Program-made: the position numbers and the translations under genes
In this document: piece after piece, positions 40,863 through 49,400 of the stretch
Layout: every line of letters starts with the position of its first letter
Position numbering within the stretch: position 1 is the first letter of the stretch
The notes under the pieces: generated by a model
Seen by the model: only the letters and a program-made list of their open reading frames with translations
Database searches by the model: none
Told to the model about the DNA's origin: nothing
Source of the DNA: Alphaproteobacteria bacterium
GTDB lineage: Bacteria; Pseudomonadota; Alphaproteobacteria; Bin95
Assembly: GCA_965205265.1 (NCBI GenBank)
Contig: CBDBGH010000003.1
Location: 320,001-384,000, forward strand
DNA: 64,000 nucleotides
Direction: 5' to 3'

Positions 40863-41945
40863 ATGATCCCCAACACGATTCCCCTGATCGGCTATGCCGA
40901 CCGCTGGTCGGCGCGGCCCGGCGAGACCGTCGAATTCAAGGTGAGCAGCCGTTCGGTCGAGCCCTACCGGGCGCGGCTCGTGCGTGTCGTCTCGGCGGAT
41001 CCCAACCCGGCGGGTCCGGGCATCAAGGAGGAGGCGGTGGCCTCCGACATCGAGGGAAACCGGCCCTCGCGGGCGCAGGATGCGGAGCTCGGCTCCTATG
41101 CGCGCATCCGGGGCGCGCGGCTGGACGCCGGGGCGCTGACCGTTTCCGCAACGATCTGGCCGACGATTCCCGACCGCGAGGGGCAGGGCATCCTGTCGTG
41201 GCTCGGCGAGGCGGGTGGCCTCGCGCTGCTGCTGGACGGCGAGCGGGGCGCGAGTGTGCGGGTCGCGACGGCGGACGGGACTGCGACCGTCGCCGTCAAC
41301 AAGCCGCTCCTCACCCGCGCCTGGTACCGGGTGTGGGCGAGCATCGACCCGGCGACCGGCGCGGTCTCGGTTGGGCAGCAGGCGCTTCGCCCCTTCGCCC
41401 GCGTGGACGATACGGGCACGGCGAGCGGACGGGTGGAGGCGCTGATCGTGGGCGGCGGCGGAGACATCTTCATCGGCGCGGGCGGCGGAAGCCCGGTAGC
41501 CGGCCACTTCAACGGCAAGATCGAACGGCCGAAGATCGCGCGCGGCGCTTCGGCCGACGGCGATGTCCTCGCGGACTGGGACTTCTCGCGCGACATCTCC
41601 TCCCTCAGGGCGGTCGATGCGGGGCCGAATAGCTGGCACGGCGAACTCGTGAACCTGCCGACGCGGGGCATGAAGGGCTCGAACTGGAGCGGAAGGGAGC
41701 AATGCTGGCGCCACGCGCCGGAGGAATACGGGGCCATCCACTTCCACGAGGACGACCTCTATGACTGCGGCTGGGAGACGGACTTCTCCTGGACCGTGCC
41801 GGCCGGCCTGAAGAGCGGGTCCTATGCGGTGCGGCTCTCCTGCGGCGAACACGAGGACATGATCCCCTTCTTCGTGCTGCCGCCGCGCGGGGCCGGGCGC
41901 ACGCCGGTCTGCGTGCTGATCCCGACCTTCACCTACACGGTGTAA
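40863..41945 (+). pseudogene. N,N-dimethylformamidase beta subunit family gene, 3'-truncated
   Basis: GYADRWS..PGE, LamG-like FNGKIE, YGAIHFHEDDLYD, LKSGSYA, IPFFV; stops at PTFTYTV* where composition changes abruptly. Confidence 0.8.
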
Positions 41946-42276
41946 CCGAACGAATATTCCGTTAGAGCCTGTTAACTATTTGTATAGCGTTGCCTGTCTC
42001 CCATAGAAGGCTTATCCTGCAATGCATTCGGGAGCCAGTCAAGGGTGGTAATCTTGTATAGCTATGACAATGGGTGACAGCGATGGGTGATTTCTGTGGA
42101 AATTCGGGAACTGGATTGAAGGATTCGATGATGGGCAGGCATTGGAGCTTCTTTTGCCGGGCATGACGTCGGGGATATCGGGATAGTGCTACGGAGATGC
42201 ATATAGGATAGTGGACCTATGAGTGCGCTGTGACAGGCCCATTGTATCGCTATCGACGGGAAAGGAACAGAGGCCA

Positions 42277-42597
42277 ATGAGGGGACCCGAGGGAAAACGC
42301 AGGCAGCGCGCCGTGTTGCTGACCGACCGTGAGAGGGACCGCATCGGTGCGCGCGCGAAGACGGCCGGCATGCCGTTCTCGCGTTATATCGCGCACCGGC
42401 TGGCAGGCCCGGCGGAGACGCCGGCGGCGGCGGCGGACCCCTCGCCGGAACTGCTGCGCCGGGTGCTGCGGGAGGTCATGATCCTGTCGCGGATCGAACA
42501 GCAGCGCATGGCGGGCCGGGAGGGCGAGGAAGAGACCTGGGAACGGGTGGCCGCCGAGGTCGATGCGCAGCTGGCGGCGGAGGAGGGCCTGGGATGA
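42277..42597 (+). CDS. Ribbon-helix-helix MobC/TrwA-like protein 1
   Basis: RAVLLTDRERDRIGARAKTAGMPFSRYI. Confidence 0.7.
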   Translation: MRGPEGKRRQRAVLLTDRERDRIGARAKTAGMPFSRYIAHRLAGPAETPAAAADPSPELLRRVLREVMILSRIEQQRMAGREGEEETWERVAAEVDAQLAAEEGLG

Positions 42598-42914
42598 GGA
42601 AGGCGCGGCAGCGGACGCTCTACTGCACGCCGTTGGAGAAGGCGACGATCCAGGCGGCGGCGGCGAAGCTGGGGGACCCGGTCTCGCGGTTCGTGATTGC
42701 CAGCGGCCTGCGCAATGCTGCGGCCCTTGGCGAGGGTCCGACCGGTGAGGCTCTTGTCTTGAGCGATGAGGAGCAACGGGGGCTTGTCGAGGGCGTTGAG
42801 CGTCTGACGGCGCTGGACGCGGCGCTGCGGGAGCCGTTGTCGGGCATCGAGGCGACGGCACTGGAGGCGCTCGCCTTCGTCTATCGTGCGCTCACGGCGG
42901 AGGCGATGCGGTGA
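42594..42914 (+). CDS. Ribbon-helix-helix MobC-like protein 2
   Basis: RTLYCTPLEKATIQAAAAKLGDPVSRFV; ATGA overlap. Confidence 0.65.
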   Translation: MRKARQRTLYCTPLEKATIQAAAAKLGDPVSRFVIASGLRNAAALGEGPTGEALVLSDEEQRGLVEGVERLTALDAALREPLSGIEATALEALAFVYRALTAEAMR

Positions 42915-43405
42915 GGCGGGCGGCCACGGGGAGAGGCGCGACCGGCCGCAAGCGCCCCGGTCCGAAGGACAGGATTTCGGGGGTCCATCTGTCGATTTCC
43001 TGCACGGACGCGGAGTGGGCCCGTATCCGCCGGCTTGCCGATGCAGCGGGCAAGACGATCTCGCGCTACCTGATCGACTGCGCCATGGAGGCGGCGGCTC
43101 TCATCGACAAGGGCGTTGACTGGCCGCCGCCGGGCGCGGAGGGCCTTGTGCTGGACGCGGCGCAGCAGCAGGCCCTGCTCGACGGCGTGAGGGACCTGGC
43201 GGGGCGTATGCCGGGCAGCGGACAGATTGCGGAGCAGGCGGCGATGGCGGCGTTCCTCTTCGATGCGGTGCTGCTGGACATGGCCGGGCGGGGTCTCAGG
43301 CAGGAGCGGGACGCGCTTCTGGCTGCCCATTTCGGCAGTGCGCGCGGGGCGGAGATAGCGGCCGGAGCGGACCGCAGAGCGGCGGAACGCGGTCTTGCAT
43401 CCTGA
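42911..43405 (+). CDS. Ribbon-helix-helix MobC-like protein 3
   Basis: LSISCTDAEWARIRRLADAAGKTISRYL; GTGA overlap. Confidence 0.7.
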   Translation: MRRAATGRGATGRKRPGPKDRISGVHLSISCTDAEWARIRRLADAAGKTISRYLIDCAMEAAALIDKGVDWPPPGAEGLVLDAAQQQALLDGVRDLAGRMPGSGQIAEQAAMAAFLFDAVLLDMAGRGLRQERDALLAAHFGSARGAEIAAGADRRAAERGLAS

Positions 43406-43771
43406 GCGCCGGGCGTTTGCCGAAGCCGGTCTCCGGATTATGTGATGCTGTGGAATTATATAACGATTGGAGAGTTATAAAATGCTGTAAAAAAGTAATA
43501 ATTCACAGATTATAGAACTTTTTATAGTGAATTCATATGCGTGTTGATGGGGATCGCATGCCAGATTACTCACATGCCTCACGCGATCCCGAACGGGACC
43601 GTCCGGTTCATCCGAACCAGCGAATGACGAAGAAGTCCGGTATGGCCGGGACTATGGCTAGTGCAGGATTCCTCATCTCAAGGGAAAGCCAAATTCCGCC
43701 TCCGATGAACGAGTGGGCCATGACCCAAGCCATTATCTGAGCTGACGGTCCTTCATTCGCACTGGCAAAAC

Positions 43772-43921
43772 CTATTCGCCCTCGCGCTTGAGGTAGTCCC
43801 ACTCCATCTTCGGCGGCCCGGCCACAATCACGCGGGTACTGCTCTCCGGCGCGCCCGGGACCAGTTCCGGCATCCGCTTCTCGACGGGCCGTCCACGCGG
43901 TCGCTTCGGCTCGTCTGTCAT
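43772..43921 (-). CDS. Small basic protein with AT-hook-like motif (possible IS passenger)
   Basis: 49 aa MTDEPKRPRGRP...GPPKMEWDYLK. Confidence 0.45.
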   Translation of the reverse strand: MTDEPKRPRGRPVEKRMPELVPGAPESSTRVIVAGPPKMEWDYLKREGE

Positions 43922-44093
43922 CGGTATCTTCGGTCCGGCGAGAGTCGAGTCGCGTCCGAGGGGTATGCGCGGTCCGGCCCACCCGCAATGCGCCTGACGG
44001 CGCGCCGATCGACATGGGCGGCAACCGGCACGCGGTATTGCCGTGATCATGCCTCGCTTGCATCGACGATTTTCACAAAGCAGACTGGTTCTC

Positions 44094-44246
44094 GCAAACG
44101 TTCCCAGGGCTCTCGGCATGTGCCGGGTTGCCCGCTGAATAGAACAGCCGAACCCGGCAAAGGGGTAGCTCCCCCGCGCTTGGCGAATAGGCGGGGACCT
44201 TCCTGAATCCTGGGAACGTTTGCAACAGCCCGGCGACCCCGCCGGG
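44094..44246 (+). ncRNA. Highly structured leader/MITE-like element
   Basis: Perfect 15-bp inverted repeat 44094-44108/44209-44223 enclosing two hairpins; another hairpin precedes the RBS. Confidence 0.5.
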
Positions 44247-44267
44247 TGCAACAGGAAGGGAATGTAC

Positions 44268-45356
44268 ATGACTTTTCGCACTTTGGCGGCGTTGACCGCT
44301 GTTTTCGTCCTTGCAGCATGCGGAGGCGGAGGAACCGCCTCGAACGGAGGGCCGTCCGGTCCCGGTGCGCCCCCTAACCCCAATCCCGGCGCGGCTCCCA
44401 GCCTTGGCGATGTTCGGGCCGCCAATCCCGATGCGACCCGCAGCGCCGGCGCACAAGCGGCGGGCAATCTCCCGAACTTCGGCAGTGTTACCCAGTCGTC
44501 GAACGCCGGTTCGGTTGCGGGCATTACAGGCGATGCGGCCTCCGCCTCATTCGATGGCCGCGATGTGCGGCTGACAGTCCGGCGAAATGACGGAAGCCGT
44601 CTCGTTTTCGATGCGGCGACCGACCGGATCGGCAGCGAAGACTACGTACCGATTTTGTCGGGCTACTCCTATCGCGGCGATGCGCTTCTGACCCATACCG
44701 GCACCAGCGTCTCGGTCGCGGCGGTCTATACCAACTGGAACAACGCCAACCCGACCGACTACATGGCCGGCGGCTACTGGATGCACCTTGAGGGACGCAC
44801 AGCCCCCCTGCAGATTACCGGCGCAGAAATCGGAGCCTTTGTGGACGGCCCGGAAATCTCAGGCGCGCCGACGCTGCCGAACCTCGGCACGGCCACCTAC
44901 TCAGGGCAGGGTGCCGGTCTTTACGGCTATGGCTACGGATCTTCGGGAGTCGTGGAGATCGGCGAGTTCGAGGGCGCCACAACTCTCACGGCCAATTTCG
45001 CCACGAACACCATCTCCGGCTGTATCGGATGCAATGGCGGCGTGTACGTGACCGGGGTTGCCACCGATGCGAACGGGCAAACGCAGGCATTCGAGAGTGT
45101 CCATGTTCCGGCGCGGCTGCGTCTGGGCGCGGCGTCCTTCGGATCGGACGGCGCTTTCAGGAATCGGGATGTAGTCGTGGAACGCGACGACGCGACCGTG
45201 ACGCAGACAAGCGGTTCATGGGGCGGCCGGTTCTCGAATGTCCCGAGCCGGGCAGGCGGTCCGCGTTTGGCGGCGGGCACGGCCGGTGCCGAATGGACGG
45301 AAGCCGGCGGGGGTCGGGGAGTCATGGTCGGTGCTTGGGCTGGGACCCGGCAGTAG
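44268..45356 (+). CDS. Surface lipoprotein with TbpB-like C-terminal barrel
   Basis: LAAC lipobox, Gly/Pro linker, ATYSG..LTANF..ISG..GSWGGRF..GAW. Confidence 0.75.
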   Translation: MTFRTLAALTAVFVLAACGGGGTASNGGPSGPGAPPNPNPGAAPSLGDVRAANPDATRSAGAQAAGNLPNFGSVTQSSNAGSVAGITGDAASASFDGRDVRLTVRRNDGSRLVFDAATDRIGSEDYVPILSGYSYRGDALLTHTGTSVSVAAVYTNWNNANPTDYMAGGYWMHLEGRTAPLQITGAEIGAFVDGPEISGAPTLPNLGTATYSGQGAGLYGYGYGSSGVVEIGEFEGATTLTANFATNTISGCIGCNGGVYVTGVATDANGQTQAFESVHVPARLRLGAASFGSDGAFRNRDVVVERDDATVTQTSGSWGGRFSNVPSRAGGPRLAAGTAGAEWTEAGGGRGVMVGAWAGTRQ

Positions 45357-45409
45357 CACCATGTCGGGCGGGGTCGCTCCTCGCCCGACTTTCCCGATTT
45401 CAGACTGAG

Positions 45410-45922
45410 ACAATACCGAATGATTGTGGACAGCACCGGCATCGACCGGTTGGCCGAGGCGGGCGTCGCGCTGAGCGAGGCGAACCGGTTCCGGACGTCC
45501 TGCCAGTCGATGCCGGCGATCTGGCGCCCCGCGAAATACGGCAGGAGCTGGCTCTGCAGGTAGTTCCGGTTGACCGCGAGCGTTCCCGCCTTCCAGACCC
45601 GCTCGTGGCGCCGGAACACCGTCTCGGCGATCGTCTCGAACAGCGTTTCCTCGGGATCGGAGGGCAGGCCCTCGCCGCGCCGGATCGCGGTGAGCAGTTC
45701 TGCCGCCCGGAAGCGCGCCGCGCCGGCGGTCATCGTTTCGGCGCTACCGAAGATCTTCCAGACCCGCTCCTCCTCATACTGGCATTGGATGAAGAAGCGT
45801 TTCTTCCCCGAGGGCAGCACCCGGACGCCGAAGCTCCTGAGCTTTCCATCGTGAACGTCGCGTACGGTCCTGCGCGGCTTCAGCATCCTGACGCGCGCTT
45901 CGGTAAGCGATCTCTTCGGCAT
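45410..45922 (-). pseudogene. Tyrosine integrase N-terminal fragment (arm-binding domain), catalytic domain missing
   Basis: LTEARVRML..D.KLRSFGVRVLPSGKK..; homology ends at ANRSMPVLSTI. Confidence 0.75.
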
Positions 45923-45924
45923 GG

Positions 45925-46347
45925 CTACCTCTCCCAGGTCCGGATTGCAGCGCGCCCGCAGAACCGGCCGCAGCCATGGCAGCGGAGGATCCCGGTCGGC
46001 CGCTCCCGACCGGACGGTTGCGTTCCAGGACGCCCATCCGGCGTCTTCCGCAAAAGAGGGCGGCGGTGTTCCAGGGTCAAAGGGCGATGCGTTACTTTCT
46101 GCGCGAGAAGGCAGTTCTTCGATGCCCGGCGCCTCAGGCGCTTGCGATAGCGGCGCTGGCGCTGCGCATGCTTGTGCCGGCCCCGGCTGCTGTCCCGGTA
46201 GCGCTGCCCGGCGAGGCGCTGCGACTTGCGGCGTGCCGTCTGGCGGCAGCTCCTGGAGCAATAGACATGGCCGTGACCGCGGCGCCGGCAGAGGACGACC
46301 TGTCGTCCGCAGGAAGCGCAGTCGAACCGGCGGGCGGTATTCTTCAT
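45925..46347 (-). CDS. Cys-rich basic protein of the kind found beside IS21 transposases
   Basis: RRFDCASC..VYCSRSC..HAQRQRRYR..KVTH..CHGCGRFC. Confidence 0.55.
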   Translation of the reverse strand: MKNTARRFDCASCGRQVVLCRRRGHGHVYCSRSCRQTARRKSQRLAGQRYRDSSRGRHKHAQRQRRYRKRLRRRASKNCLLAQKVTHRPLTLEHRRPLLRKTPDGRPGTQPSGRERPTGILRCHGCGRFCGRAAIRTWER

Positions 46348-46474
46348 CGATGCCGGAAAATCCTGCAACAGGGCCGGGAGCAGCACCCCAGTGTTGCAAG
46401 GCAATGTGCTGGATGGGTTCTCGCGGATCGGGCCGTGATCCGGGCAGCGGCTCCGCATGCCGTGCATTTCACGC

Positions 46475-49400
46475 CTACAGCTTCATCCCGCCGCCCTCGC
46501 TGCGGTCGAGGGTCTGCGTCCTGCGCTGCTGCCGCTTGTCCGGCTGCGGCGCCTGGTACTCCGCCTGCCGGCAGAGTCTGGCGGTCACTTCAAGCGCTTT
46601 ACGGGTGAGAGACGACCTGTACAGATGCGGGACCATAGCGGCGTCCCGCTCCACGGCCTCCCATTCGGCGAGGAACCGGTCGGCTTTCCTGCGCCAGGCC
46701 GGGAACCCGCTGCGCTCGTGGACGGGCGTATCGGGCGGCCGCCAATACACTCCGCCCCGCAGGCGCAGGGCTTCCCTGGAGATTTCGCCGGCTTGCTCGC
46801 TGAGCGTCTTCAGGCGCTGCATGAGCTTGTCCTGCTCATCGAGCTGCGAGGCGATCGCGGCGAGCTGCTCGCCCCTCTTCGAGTCGGGATCGAAGAACCC
46901 GCGCGCCTCGTCGAGCGACTTGCGGAACGCCTCGTATCCGACCTGGTAGGGCATCTCCGAAGGCTTTCTGCCGGCCCGCTCGAAGAGTTCCTTGTATTCG
47001 GCGGCGACGGCCTTGCGGACCCGCTCGCGCTCCTCGCGCTCGTTCCGCCCGGCAAGGCCGGAGAGGCGCGCCGCCGACGCCTTGTCCAGACCGGGGCGCT
47101 GCGCCATCGTATCCAGGCGGGCGGTGAGATCGCCATACCCCTCGGCGCGGGAGGGCTGGACGCCGGCGGCCAGCGCGGCAGCGACATGGGCGTTCCAGTC
47201 CCGGAGAAGCCGGGCTGCGGCGTTGCCGGCCCCGATGGCGGACCCGAGCGTGCGGGCGCTTTCCCCGACCGAGGCGCGGAGCCCGGGGAGGCGCGCGAAG
47301 CGGACTGCGGCGCGCGGGTGGTCGGGAAGGCCCCTACCCCGGTCCAGGACCTTCCGGGCGTCGGCGCGCCAGGCCTTCCACTCCGGGAGCTCGGCGACGG
47401 CGCGCCCCTTGCGCGCCGCCTCATCGACCATGACGGAGCGCCGGTTCGCGATCCCGTCCGCCTCGCGCCGCCAGCCCTCCACGAGGTCGCGGGCCTGCAT
47501 CTCGCGCCCGTGCTCCCCGACGAGGTCGCGGATGTCCCGCGGCAGCGCCGCGGGAGGGTCGTCCCGCGCGGCGAGCGCCCGGAGCGGCGCCATGGCCTCC
47601 TCCGTTCCCTCCGCGTCGAACGGGGAAATGCCTTCGTCCTTTGCCTGCCTGGCATGCGTCCGCCACGTCTCCAGCGCATCGGCCAGCAACATGTCGGCCT
47701 CCGCGGCCGCCACCACGCGCTCCACCAGCTTGCGGTCGGCGGGGTCGCGGTCGAGGTGGACGCCGAACCTCCTGCTTTCGAGCAGCGCCTTGCCTGCCCG
47801 CATCAGCGCGCCGGCCTCTTCCCGTGCGTCCTTCCAGCCGGCAAGGTCGGTGACCGGCACGCCGGAAGATTCGGCCTCGGCGAGCAGGCCCGCGCGGCGC
47901 CCGTCCATCTTCCTGTATGACGGCAGCACGTTCCGGACCGCTTGGCCTGCCAGGACCAGCGCCTGATGCTCCTCCAGCAGGGCCGTCATGCACGCCGCCG
48001 TCGCGGCCGGCAGACCCTGTCGGTCCGCAATCTCCTCAAGCCGGGCGACAAGGGCTCCATATCCCTCGGCATGGAAGGGATGGATACCGGCTTCAGCGGC
48101 GGTCTTGTCATGCGCCCGCCAGTCCTCCAGCAGGGCCGCGCATTCATCGTCGAGCGCGACGGCCGCTTCCAGTGCTCCGGCCTCGCGCTCGATGCCGGAC
48201 CGGGTTCCGCCGGCGCGGGCGACATGGGGGCGGTACGCCTCGCCGTCCAGCAGCCGGCGCCCGGCCTTGGCTCTCCGTTCCGCCGCATCGCGCCATTCCC
48301 GCCAGCCGTCCATATCGGTGAGCGGCAGACCTGCGGCCTCTGCCTCCCCACCGAGCGTCCCGCGCGCCGTCTCGCTCCGGCCGCTCTCCTGGAGCCACGC
48401 CTCGACCTCCGCGCGGCGCGCCGCCTCCGTCTGCTGCTCTTCGAAGATGCGCGCGACCGCAGCCGGCGGCGGGCAGGGCAGGTTCCGGCGCGCGGCAAGC
48501 CTGCCGAGCCGTGCGACGACCTCCCCGTGCCCCTCCATGTCGAGCGGCAACACGCCCGCTTCCTCGGCCCGCGCCTCATGCTTGCGCCAGGCCGAGAGCT
48601 GCGGCCAGAGCTCCTCCCTGTCCATGATCCCGACCGCCGGGTCCTCGCCGACCGCCTCCAGCGCCGAGACCCGCTCGCCCGTCGCCGCCTCCAGCGCCGC
48701 CATCAGGTCCTCGCGGTTGTCGGTCAGCACAACCACACGGTCCCGCGCGCGCGTCAGCTCCACGTAGAACGTCGCCTGGTCGGTCAGCGCCCCATGGCCC
48801 GAGTCCAGCACCGCGACGACATTGTCGCGCGTGATCCCCTGCGCCCCGTGCACGGTCGAGCTCCAGGCATGGTCGAGATGGCGCAGCTGCATGTCCTTGC
48901 GCGAGAGCGCAAACGCGCGCCCGTCCTCGCCCCGGAACGACACCTTGCGCGGGCCGATCTCCACCACCTCCGCCCGGTCGCCGTTGGCGAGGCCGTGGGC
49001 CGGGTCGTTGCGGGTCCAGCGGATCCGGTCCCCGGCGCGTATCTCGATCGTCCGCGTCTCATAGACCTCGATCTGGTAGCGCACCCGCCCGTCCGGGCGG
49101 ATCGCAAGCCGGCGCCCGTCGGCATGCTCCAGCCGCACGCGCCCCTCCTCTATGCCCGTGACCGCGAAGCACTCGCCGGCGCGCGCCTTGCCGCCCCATA
49201 TGTCGTGCAGGAACACGACCTCGTCGCCTTCGACATAGTTGCGGATGTCGCCCTTCTGCGCCCGCGTCATGCCCCGGCTCACCAGGCGCTCGATGGTGAG
49301 CGTCCGCCCGTGCAGCACGCCCTCCTCGGCCAGCGCCTCGCGGACGGTGTCGTTGATGCGCTCGCGCAGCTCGTGCGTCGGGGCGAGCAGCGCGGTCTCT

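Noticed and set aside
39255-41945. 896-aa ORF
   Set aside because: The N-terminal part is antisense to the amidohydrolase; the real start is 40863
44933-46399. 488-aa ORF as a single gene
   Set aside because: Only 45410-45922 resembles an integrase; the rest is read-through overlapping other genes
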